Source: Octopus vulgaris (taxonomy: Eukaryota). From it: a stretch of DNA of 64,000 nt. Position 1 is the first letter of the stretch; each line of letters begins with the position of its first letter. Position numbers and translations under genes: made by a program. The notes under the pieces were generated by a model. That model was given only the letters and a program-made list of their open reading frames with translations, was not told where the DNA came from and made no database searches. This document shows, one piece after another, positions 12,760 through 24,388 of the stretch. Location of the stretch: the NCBI GenBank assembly GCA_951406725.2, contig OX597817.1, positions 102,052,001 to 102,116,000 of the forward strand, in the 5' to 3' direction.

Positions 12760-14129
12760 GCCTCAATAGTGCAATCCCCATCCATTCCCCAGCTAGCAAC
12801 TATAGCTGGTGCCGTCTACTTAGTCGAAAGATTAAGAATATAAATATAAATAAAAAGGTGAATTGTTAATTTCACTCTTGGAGTATAAATCATACTTTTG
12901 GACAGAAAAAATATTCTTTTGGGAAAAATCAATAAAAAAACAACAACAAAAACTTACCGTACACAACATCAAGATTGCAATTATAAAATAAGCTCAGATT
13001 GCAAGAATGGGAAAAAGAAGAGCTTTACGAAAGGAAGTGGATATAGTATAATAAAGCTTATTTTGAAGTAGTCGAAGTGAAGAGTGCTGGAGGCTGGCGT
13101 TGGCTTGAGAGGGAAGGCGCCTCTTGTTGGATAGCTGCCTGGTTTTCCCAGATCACTATCTCATCGTCACTAAGCTCAACTTCTGAGACGAGTAAGTTCC
13201 AAAAATTGGGTCGCAAGCTAAAGAGGTCCACCATCAATCAGTCTTTTGTTGTCATCCTAGAATAGGGATAAGGAACATTTAGCCGGGGGTGACATTTCCC
13301 GCCTCCCATTCAATAATTTCGCTGGCGAAATGTCTAAAAATCTAAATGAGATAAACACTTTAAGAACAATATAGTAATTTTAATATAAGTTACTTGTCTA
13401 TAAATTTGTGAAATGAAAGATTCATTACTTTTCTCCGTATAGGTACACCTCCGTAGATTCTTATACACTTGCAATTCGCCTCTAGTACTAAAAAGAAGTT
13501 CCTCACCTTTATTCAAGAAGAACGCTTGGAATCCATTCCTTTGTGTAATCAAAACGAGAATAACGACTGGACGACACTCCATATCCATGCAAACATTTTG
13601 GGCTATTGACCAGAAAGCACAAAAACTAGTTTAATGAAAATAGTGATATCAGCCTGATATTTAATGAGAACCCTCATAGCACATTCCATGAGAATATTTT
13701 GGTCAGCCTATGAACAATTCAGCCGACCATCGCACAATAAGAACTACTTCAAGTTAATTTAGTTTGCTGCAAATCAACATAATTATTAACTATTTTCCAA
13801 AATGCGTGATCTACCTTTACTTGTAATAGATTTCCTAATCATTGCTTTGGATCTACCTTCAAATCTACAGTAGTCATTACAAGTGCCGTTAATTAAATTA
13901 CTTCCTTAGTATTTGCTTTACTTTTCATGTATAGAACATCACAAACAGCCAAATGAAGTCTATGTGCATAATATAACCGATGCTCACAGTAATACTCTTA
14001 AGATAACGTAATAATAGCGTGTCGTAATTCTAATTAGGCCAAGTTAATATACGTAAATAAATGAAGAAGGTTGTATATATAACAAGGATGAGGATGATAG
14101 ATTTTCTCTCCTTGTTTCTCTTCTTTTTT

Positions 14130-14310
14130 TCTCTCCATTTTTTTTCGCCTTGTATCTCTCCTTGTTTCTTTCTGTGTTCTTTTATGTGGAAGAGCGTAGG
14201 CTCGAAACGTTAAAGACTTTTTCAATTCCCGAGCATTATACTAATACATCTGTTTGTTTTCTACACCACCTGTCTTCGTCTTTTGATTTTTTTTTCGCGA
14301 ATTCTCCCCA
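14130..14310 (+). mobile_element. Isolated PLE 3' tail with degenerate hammerhead motif
   Basis: Similar to 33985-34145; ttt-ATGTGGA-a-gagc(gtag)gctc-GAAAC-GTT-aaag at 14181-14215. Confidence 0.6.
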
Positions 14311-15632
14311 TGTTAGATTGAAATACAGGTTTATAGTTATCAAAAACGATTGGGATATCAGTTAGGACTAAAACTATATATTTTCCCAAATCAACGTTGA
14401 GTTCAGAATGTTTTTTCTTTTTCTGAAATTTCAATTATTTTCAGCAAGGAATCTCCTATATTCAAGAATTTACCCCTTGAGACATTTAAATATCTGCGAT
14501 TATTTAGATATGTATATCCATCTAAAAGAAATTGGGAATTTTTCAGAGTTCTGTTTTCATTTACTTATTTTACTAATTCCATTTTCTCCCAAATTATATT
14601 GACGCTCAACCATCTTCATTAAATGAGAACCATTCTTTAGAAAAACCAAACTTTTATCTCTAATAGCTTTCCTAATTAAAAACATCAACTATTGCATCCT
14701 ATAGACTCCATCAATGCTAATGTGAATACCGTTTGTTCTATAGTTTCACTATAATTTTCTGTTGATAATTTTCTGTTGGTCAATTTCTTTTGAAAAAGAA
14801 AAAAATATCTGAATTGTACAAGTTTCTGAGAACATTTCTTTGTGAACCATCTTTAAATTGGCGTAAAAAGCCCCCGATAATTCAATCACCTGAGCACTTT
14901 AAGACAGCCTTGCAATTTTTGCATTTTTCAGTCTTTTCTTTCGAGAAGTTCAAATTATTTCCATACAATGGATTCACTTGTTCTCTTAACTTTTTTCTTT
15001 TAGTTTTTTTCTTCTTCAAACCGGTGTATTGACTGAATTTCTCTATCATACAATGATGAAGCATTTCACGATTTACATTTTTCAAAAATAAAGCTTTTCG
15101 ATTACTAAACCTGTATTTTCAGGAGCTACGTTTTCGAGCAATGAGTACGATAAACGGTTGCAATTGGTCAATTATACTAAAAATATTTTCAAACAATATG
15201 TACAACCATTAAAGCTAATTAAGCCGAAGTTACACATTGTTAAAACTAATTTTAAATCAAACAGCTGAAGATTTCCGGGTGAAAAGAAACCCGAAAATTC
15301 CCGATTTAATTTTTAGCCAAATCCCTGGGAATTCGCGACCCGAGAATAGTACTGAAATTGCTAATCAGAACAAGGGAGACTACTTCTGCGTATCGCGTTA
15401 AAGTTGCCTTCTAAATAGCCTCAGCTAACATTTGATCTAAACCAACCAATGAGAATGAACCATACTCATAATCAAGTCTTATCCAGTAGCTGGGATTCCT
15501 CAATCTTCGAGTAATCAGGAGTATTTTCCTCACTTCTGTGAAATTAAATAACCTGACTCTGAATCAAGATGTTAATACAAATAAGACACCCTTTACTTTC
15601 GTTCACACACCTGATGTTTGCATGAGCCTACC

Positions 15633-15636
<4 letters not shown>

Positions 15637-15716
<80 letters not shown>

Positions 15717-15727
15717 GTATGTATATG

Positions 15728-15759
<32 letters not shown>

Positions 15760-15786
15760 TGTATGTATGTATGTATGTATGTATGT
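15637..15786. repeat. (CA)n followed by (TATG)n microsatellite
   Basis: Direct observation. Confidence 0.95.
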
Positions 15787-15879
15787 GGGTGCAAACTGTA
15801 CCCACAACAACAACTGGCTTTACAAAAATCTTGGGAAACTAAACAAGAACAATCAGCCATCCCCTGTATATCATCATCA

Positions 15880-17290
15880 TCTGAAATCCAGATACAAACT
15901 GTTGTCCTTGAATGCCCGTAGTTTATGCAACAAGGTACATCTTTTTGACTCTTACGTCAAAAGTATCGACCCAGATTTCATCACAGTCACGGAAACATGG
16001 CACATTCTGCACTCTGTGATGGGGTTTTCAGCATAGCCGGCTACAACCTGTTCCGCAAAGACCGCATTAATCGCCGTGGAGGGGTTGTGATGGTTTATGT
16101 TCGATCAAATTTATCGGCAATTCCTTGTGATGATTTGAACCAATCTCAGCAGGAAGTATTTTTCTGCAATATACACATGACCATGTCAACACTTCTGCTT
16201 GGAGTTGTTTACCGCCCCCACCCCAAATTATCGTCAAGACACAATTTTTTGATATCCTCAGAGCTGCTGCCATGAAAACAGCCACTTATGTTTATATTGC
16301 GGGGGACTTCAATTTCCCTGAGATTGACTGGGAGGCCTTCCGTTGGCCGCAAAGTGCAGACGATTTCCTTGAACTGGTGCTGAATTCAAATTGGTCCCAA
16401 GTCGTTACCTCCCCCACTAGGGGTAACAACACTTTGGATCTGCTACTTACCGCTTCTCCTGAAACAATTATTAGTGTCACTACTGAAGAACCTTTAGGTG
16501 ACTCTGATCATTCCATGATCATGGCCGACTTGTCTCTGATTGGTTGTAACAAAAACCACAACCATCTTCAAACTGCCCGCTTTGACTGGAATAAAGCAGA
16601 CTGGAGCTTTTATAGTACTGAGCTGCGACGCCCAAACTGGCTCGAATTTTATGCCTCTGGAGATGTGAACACTATACTTCAGAACATTCTGAATTCAATA
16701 TGGGTGGCATGTGCAGCATCAGTACCACGCAAGCACAAAAAACCACCCAGTAGTACAATTTGGGAAACTGCAGCAGTCCGACTTGCCAGGAAATAACGCC
16801 GTAATGCTGAACAGGAATACAAATTGCACAAATCAGAGATCAACAGGAAAAAGCGTAATATATCAGCCAACTACCTCAAGCAGGTGACAAAAAAAGCAGT
16901 GTTTGAATTCGAACAACGCATAGCAACCAACCCTGACAGCAAAGTGTTGTGGAAATATGTACACTCAAAGCAGAGACCTCACTCTCCAGTTGGTCCCCTT
17001 CACAATCCCCACACAGGGCAGATTACTGGCAATCCCAAAGAATGTGCAGAAATCATTGCTGGATGCTACGCAGGCATCTTTACTGTCGAAGATCAAAATG
17101 TTCCATCTCCATCACCTCTGATACCGGACTCTATATCTTCTATGAAGTTTACACCAGCAATGCTACACCGACACCTTAAGAATAAACGCAAATATGCCTC
17201 TCCTGGTCTCGATGGTGTTACATACCTACTTCTCAAACGCGGTGGGTACTTTTTTCTAAACCAACTTTCACTATTCTTCCAATTCTGTAT
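15880..17290 (+). mobile_element. CR1/L2-group LINE ORF2 fragment (APE endonuclease to start of RT), degenerate
   Basis: LSLNARSL, PDFITVTETW, FRKDR..RRGG, GDFNFPEIDW, PTRGNNTLDL, SDH and SPGLDG across ORFs 15719..17309. Confidence 0.85.
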
Positions 17291-17299
17291 TGTATTTTC

Positions 17300-18044
17300 A
17301 TGCATATAGTTACATATCTAGACATGCTCATATATATTTAAATGGAAACTTTTACAGATTTCTACAGTTCCAGTGATGGATTGGATCTGTAGTCTTCAAA
17401 TTAGCTTTCTCCTTTCTGGTTTTGAGAAGCCTAATTTCTCAACATTGGTATTTAGGCAGTGTTATATATCCCAGGGTCCCAATAATTACATGTATAAACA
17501 TGTACTTGTAATCTGGATAGAGTAACTGCAGATTTCTCAATAGTTCTCTTTTTCACTGATCTTCAGCTATATGTTAACATCTGCTGGGTAGCTAATTTTC
17601 ACAACTGTGCACAATTTCTCTTCTCTATCCCAAATCATTATATCAGGTATATTGTGCTTACATTTTATTGAGGTTTTCACTGGGACATCCCACCAGTATT
17701 CCTTTTTGTTTTGAGTGGATATGGCTTCTACCATGTTGTGGGTTCTTATTTCTTTGTCCTCGGGGTTATCCTTCCGACGGATTTCATTATAGAGTGTCGT
17801 AGCTACAACGTCATGTCTCATCGGTAGATGATACCGTGATGACATTTTCGGACAACTGCTTATGATGTGGGCGATATCTTCAGTGTGAAATCCAGAAAGT
17901 ATGCATGGGTTGTCATATTTTACTGCTTTTCCTGCATCTCTATTCCTTTTGTGCATCAGGTACTTGGTTGATATTGTCTGTTCCTGGATTGCAACAGCAT
18001 ACTCTCAAAGTGGGAGGTTGTAATCCTGCTATTGGTCCATGATA
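17300..18044 (-). mobile_element. R4/Dong-like non-LTR retrotransposon 3' end (CCHC plus restriction-like endonuclease)
   Basis: C..E...HIISSC, RHDVVA and KHNIPDIMIWD motifs; homologous to 51374..52250. Confidence 0.8.
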
Positions 18045-18565
18045 CGAAAAATGGTGCCTGTACATCAATATGAAACATCGTAAGGAATGGCTTAGCCCCG
18101 GTAAACATGCGACACCGCGCGTGAAACAAGATCTTCATCCGCGTAAAACGATGTTGTGCGTATGGTGGGAATGGGAAGGGATAATCCATTACGAATTGCT
18201 TGAACAGAACTAAACGGTCAACACAGAACTCTATGTTCAACAGATGAAACAACTCAACACAGCTATTCAAGAGAAAAGACCTAATCGGCAGCGTGGAGTT
18301 CTTCTGCTGCACGGCAACGCCCGCCCTCATATCGTCAATATGACCAAAGGAAGCCATTCAAACGCATAGCTGGGAAGTGCTGCCACACACGCCGTACTCT
18401 CCTGATTTGGCAACAACGGATTTCAATCTCTTTCGATCCCTTTCAAATGTTATGCGCGGAGTTTCGTTCAATACTGATGCGCAATTGAGAGCTTGGTTGG
18501 ATTACTTTTTCGAGTCGAAATCGGGTGATTTCTACCAACGAGGTATTCAAAATCTTGATGAACGT
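18045..18565 (+). mobile_element. Mariner transposase C-terminal fragment without TIRs
   Basis: KTMLCVWW, HYELL, LLHGNARPH and LPHTPYSPDLATTDFNLF motifs. Confidence 0.85.
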
Positions 18566-19229
18566 TTAATACTCTAAGAGATGTAGTTCTTCAGTTTCCT
18601 GATATAGTTTGCTAACTTCGAGGTATTTCTTTTGTTTCGAGATAATAAAAATTTTCTTCACGTCGTGCTTGCACATACCAATGAACTTTTCCATGTTCGA
18701 CCATTTCATTTGGTGTGTTTAGGCTTCGTATACTCCTGACTTGATACTGCATACCTGATCTTGCAGTCCGTATTTCTGATGTAATACCTGAAAATAATCC
18801 GTTTGGTATGTCTGTTTGAGATAATTTTCTTCGTACTAGGCCAACAGCTAACGCTGGTCTCTATATAACACCTATCAATGATATTTCTATATCTATGTCT
18901 TTCAAGGAAATGCTTATCTAGTAAGACCTGGAACTTTCTACTTTAGTTTTGATATTTAAGGAGAATGATGGGACGCAGCTGCTATTTTCCAAGGCTTATT
19001 CATAAGTCATGAATGTGTGTCGGCTGGAATATATGAGATTTTATCTTTGAATCCTCTGTCTGTTATTGTTTGCTGTCGCCTTATTGAATATTTCTTTAGA
19101 AGAGCAGAGGTTTGAAATTATCGTACTAAAGACAGTAATGAAAATTTTAAAACCAATACTAACTGGCAAGGTAGCTTATTTATACAGCTAAGCATCTTAT
19201 ACGGCTTATTGGAGGGGTTTTAGGCAAAT

Positions 19230-19850
19230 GAATCTACAGAAGTGTTTAGGAAGTTGGTTTACTGTGATTTTTATCTCTGCATCATTAAACACGGCTGTGA
19301 CATTTTCCCTAAAGATATTTAGTGCGTGGCCATCACAGTCGTGTGACATTCTTAATCCATCTCAATATAAACCAATGTTGTAGGTGGGAAATTTGGTTTT
19401 CGTATATCCTGTTTACACAAACTTACTAGCTCGCATATGTAAGCACTCTTAACACACTGTGACATCAAATAAACCCTCTGGCTTAGATTTATCTTTTTTT
19501 CTTTTACTCAAACGGACTATTTTTTTAAGATGATCGGGCATGCATGATCATCTCGATAACTGAATCATCAATGCGAATATTTGCTTTGATCTCAATATCG
19601 TGGATTCTACTTCTCCATATTGAAGAGTAGACAGTCATGATATCGAGTTTGTGTGAACCCTAATTCCAGGCTTATTCTTGAAACACTTGACGACCGTGCT
19701 ACTATTTGCTACAGCTGGAATTTGATTGCCTTTCTAATTTTGCTGTTTATGTCATTCAGTATTTTTGTCTGCCTTGACAGGGTTTCTTAGTCTACAGGTG
19801 AGCTTATTCACGATGTGAGGCAAATGATCTTTTAAAATCATGAACGCTTC
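19230..19850 (-). mobile_element. Penelope-like element RT fragment, highly degenerate
   Basis: Manual minus-strand translation gives AFMILKDH..NKLTCRL.NP, ILNDINSKIR, LDIMTVYSSI, IMHARSS, LFDVT and CELV, matching PLE RT motifs. Confidence 0.65.
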
Positions 19851-19875
19851 TTTTTTTAGTTAAACACTATCCTGT

Positions 19876-20038
19876 CACTAGCGTAGCTAGAGTGTGTGCC
19901 GCCAGGGACGGCCCTTTCCGCTCCCGGACCTCACAAAAAACACATATTGCCTACAGCAGACCCAAAAGAAATGCCTCCTTAAAAGTGCCACCCGGGGCTG
20001 GCCGCTCCTACCGTACCCCCTCCCTAGCTACGCTAGTG
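19876..20038. mobile_element. hAT-type MITE (163 bp)
   Basis: Perfect 15-bp TIRs cactagcgtagctag/ctagctacgctagtg; 8-bp TSD tatcctgt at 19868-19875 and 20039-20046. Confidence 0.9.
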
Positions 20039-20235
20039 TATCCTGTTATCAAATCTTGCTTCAATGACGTCCTTGTAAGTCTTACAGTTCCTCTTTTCAG
20101 TACTTTTTAGTATCGTGTAACAATTTATCATATTTAACCTGTTTTACTTCATCTATGTTATTAGTTTTATCTGTAAAGGCGGATCTATTTGTAGAGTTTC
20201 TAAAAACACTAATGCAGTTGAAAAAAAGTTTACTA

Positions 20236-21365
20236 TCTGGTTGTCCGGTAAGTTCTGAGCTATTTCAGGACTTGTGTCTTTAAGTCCTTCATGCAACAAT
20301 CCTTATCTTTGTATGACTCACATTTCACGTTAAAAGGCAGCATATATTTTACTCCTTTCAGCCCTAATTACCATTTTGAAATGGATAACCGAAAGTTGCA
20401 TATTCTCCACGTAATGCTTTTCTTCTTCAAAATATGGTGAGAATGCTGCGAAAATGTGTAATATCATTTGTGGAGTTTATGGTGAAGATGCTATTGGTGA
20501 ATCAACTGTTCAAAGATGGTTTGCAAAATTTAGATGTGGTGAGTTCAGCTTGGAAGATGACAATCGCTGTGGAAGACCTTCAACCTTAGATGACGATATT
20601 TTGAAGCTAACCATTGAAGAAAACTCGAATATTACGACTTGAGAACTTGCGGAGAAGTTGGAAGTTTCCAAAAGTACCATTCATGAACACTTAGTGTAAA
20701 TTTGATATGTTTCTCGCAATAATGCTTGGGCGCCTCACAAACTGTCTGAACAAAACTGCATGGACTGGTATCCTATTTGTGATATGCTTCTGAAACAATG
20801 AAAATAAGCCTTTCCTGAAACAATTGGTAATTGGAGATGAAAAATGAATTGTTTACGATAATAATACGAAAAAGATCCTGGAGTAAGGATCCTCGAAAAC
20901 ACCTAAATCAGAATTTAAAAAAAGTCATGCTTTGTATCTATATTTATTATGAGCTATTCCCACAAAATAAGATCATCAATTCTGGTGTGTACTGCCGTCA
21001 GCTAGCAAATTTGAATCAAAAGATCAAGGAACTGGGGCCAGCACTCTCCAACAGGAAAGAAGTTGTGTTCCACGAGGACAATGCCCGACTGCATGTGTCT
21101 TTGACTACCCGCACAAAGTTGCATGAACTTGGGTGGGATCTCTTGCCTCATCCACCATACTCCCCTGACATTGCGCCATCTGACTATTATTTGTTTTTGT
21201 CTCTGCAAAACTTTTGAAAAGGAAAATCATTTAATGATTTAGATGGTGTCAAATCCCACTTAGATGACTATTTTTCCTAAAAAACAACTGTGGTTTATGC
21301 CGATGGAATATTTAAATTGCCTGTTAAGTGGACTAAGATCATAGAAAACAATGGAAATTAATGAA
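20236..21365 (+). mobile_element. Degenerate mariner element
   Basis: HTH region (TVQRWFAKFRCGEFSLEDDNRCGRP), FHEDNARLH, LPHPPYSPDIAPSDYYLF; many stops; left TIR-like sequence after TA. Confidence 0.85.
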
Positions 21366-21612
21366 TAAAGATGAGAGGTGTTGAGTCTTATATTAAAATT
21401 TTAAAAAAAAACGTTTTAAAGTACTAAGTTACTGCCTTTTCTTGGCGAAACGAGCATTCTAAAATAAACATAAATTTCGTACAACCGGTCGCCATTTTGA
21501 GGACAAACCAGAATAGGATGGTTTATCTAAGTCAAACTAGGCTTTATCTAAGTTAAGCTAAATATCTTTCACCCAACATGGAACTTGAGTAGTTTGACGC
21601 AATTAAAACAAC

Positions 21613-21648
<36 letters not shown>

Positions 21649-21722
21649 GCGTTCTTTTCCCTAGTTTTTGGTGTGTTTAGCTTGTAAAGATTTGTGCTTT
21701 GTCAAAAAAGGTAATCTATTCA

Positions 21723-22395
<673 letters not shown>

Positions 22396-22407
22396 AGAAA
22401 GATAGAC

Positions 22408-22466
<59 letters not shown>

Positions 22467-22759
22467 ATACTGAAATTCCAGACGATCCATTGAAGTCAGT
22501 ACCCTTGCATGGTTTTAGCATAATGATACAATTACAGAGAGAGAGGGGGTAGCGAGAGAAAAAGAGAGAGAGGGGGAGCGAGAGAAAGAGAGAGGGAGAG
22601 AGAGAGAAAGGGAGAGACAGACAAAGAGACAGAGATATAGAGAGAAATTAAAAAACAATTGACTGTAACTGAGAATGAAGGTTATTGTTACGAATTAAAC
22701 TTTGACAATGGGCACTCACGTAAATAGTATGGATCATGGTGAAATGTTACTCTTTAATA

Positions 22760-23252
22760 TTGATTTCAAATTTTGGCACAAGGCCAGTAATTTCGGGGAA
22801 GGTGACAAGTCGGTCGATTACATCGACCCCAGTTCTCAACTGGTGCTTATTATATCGACCCCGAAAATCAACCTCGGCGGAATTCGAGCATCAAGGCGTA
22901 AAGATGGATGGAATGTCGCTAAGCACCTTGTTACTCTTTAATATTAGGGACGTTAGGATGCTGGGCGAAATGGTTAGCGGTATTTCGTCTGCCGCTACGT
23001 TCTGAGTTCAAATTCCGCCGAGGTCAACTTTGCCTTTCATCCTTTCGGGGTCGATTAAATAAGTACCAGTTACGCACTGGGGGTCGATATAATCGACTTA
23101 ATCCGTTTGTCTGTCCTTGTTTGTCCTCTCTGTATTTAGCTCCTTGTGGGTAGTAAAGAAATAGGTATTTCGTCCGTCTTTACGTTCTGATTTCAAATTC
23201 CGCCGCGGTCGACTTTGCCTTTCATCCTTTCGGGGTCGATAAATTAAGTACC
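22760..23252. mobile_element. OK-type SINE cluster
   Basis: Same SINE motifs as 2622-3224, in both orientations. Confidence 0.85.
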
Positions 23253-23625
23253 TAAAAAGGGATGGGGTCCTTCTACAGTGGTAAGTAGGGTGTGTCTTGG
23301 TGAAAGTAAATTTAGCATTTGGTTCTTTCCGGAAGGGAGAGTTAATAAAAACGATTACCAGTGTGGTGTTGGCGGTCGGTGTTATGGGACGTGATGAGCT
23401 ATGTGGTGTTGGTGGGGAGGATGACAGATGAGGTGGGCGGAAGTAGGGCTTGCAGGGGCCGGCGGAAGACTGAAGGGTGCATGCGTGGCAGGAAGCGGAT
23501 GTGGTCAAGGAGGAAACACGTGTGGTCAGCGAGGAAGCGGGGCAGTTCCAGCATAGACGGCAAAGCTACAGGACGTGTTGAATTCGTGAGAGACCGCTGT
23601 TCGGCTCATAAAAAAAAACCCAACG

Positions 23626-24381
23626 ATGAGTGCCCGTATTTCCAACGAGATGATCAAACCATTTTGCGGTGACACATATGTAGTCGCTTGGTTGAAGAAG
23701 GTGAAGTTGGTCGCGAAGCTCCACGGTATAAGCGACCTAGCGAGTTTTATACCGCTGTACTTGGATGGTCCGGCATTGGCGTTGTATCTAGAGATGGAAG
23801 AGAAGGACCAACTTAGCGCGGAGAAAGTAGAAATCCGGTTGATGGAGGCCTTTGCGGAGGGAATGTTTGAGGCATACGCTCGCCTGGGGAAAACAAGATG
23901 GACTGGGGAACAGGTTGATGTATTTGCCAATGAACTCAGGAGATTGGCTAAACTGGCGGGTTATGAGGGAGAGTCGCTGGACCGGACGGTTAAGTTGGCG
24001 TTTGTGACTGGCTTTCCTGACAACATGTCGGTCGAGTTGCAGCAGCTTCCGAACATTCATTCGATGGCGATGGCAGACATCGTATCTCGGGCACGCGTTC
24101 TAGTTTCGTGCAGTAGAACGACGTCAGTAGCAGCGACTGCAACAACGAAAAGTGGTCGAGCTAGGAGCAGCGGAGAGGGGTCGAAGAAAGAACGTGTGCG
24201 ACCATTCAAAGGACAGTGTTTCCGGTGCCAGGGTCCGCACATGGTGCGAGACTGCGAGTCACTCAAGCCTGAGGTCATTTGCTACCGGTGTCGAGAAACG
24301 GGGCATATAGCCAGCGAATGTCTGCGGGGAAACGGACTGAGGGAGACTACTGCGTCGGTAGTTGTCCCTTTGGATCAATAG
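23626..24381 (+). CDS. gag: Gag with two CCHC zinc knuckles
   Basis: Open 251-aa ORF; CFRCQGPHMVRDC and CYRCRETGHIASEC. Confidence 0.85.
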   Translation: MSARISNEMIKPFCGDTYVVAWLKKVKLVAKLHGISDLASFIPLYLDGPALALYLEMEEKDQLSAEKVEIRLMEAFAEGMFEAYARLGKTRWTGEQVDVFANELRRLAKLAGYEGESLDRTVKLAFVTGFPDNMSVELQQLPNIHSMAMADIVSRARVLVSCSRTTSVAATATTKSGRARSSGEGSKKERVRPFKGQCFRCQGPHMVRDCESLKPEVICYRCRETGHIASECLRGNGLRETTASVVVPLDQ

Positions 24382-24388
24382 AGGCGCG
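24327..24388 (+). promoter_or_regulatory. -1 programmed ribosomal frameshift signal (G GGA AAC plus predicted pseudoknot)
   Basis: Slippery heptamer in gag frame; pol in the -1 frame; 6-nt spacer; stem agggagactac/gtagttgtccct; loop tgcgtc can pair with ggcgcg at 24383-24388. Confidence 0.75.

Noticed and set aside
14700-15350. Possible DNA-transposon end (cccgaaaattcccg-type repeats) with decayed ORF
   Set aside because: No diagnostic transposase motif or matching second terminus seen.
19090-19135. gaagagc...tgaaa motif within a tctttag/ctaaaga hairpin
   Set aside because: Core too degenerate to distinguish from chance.
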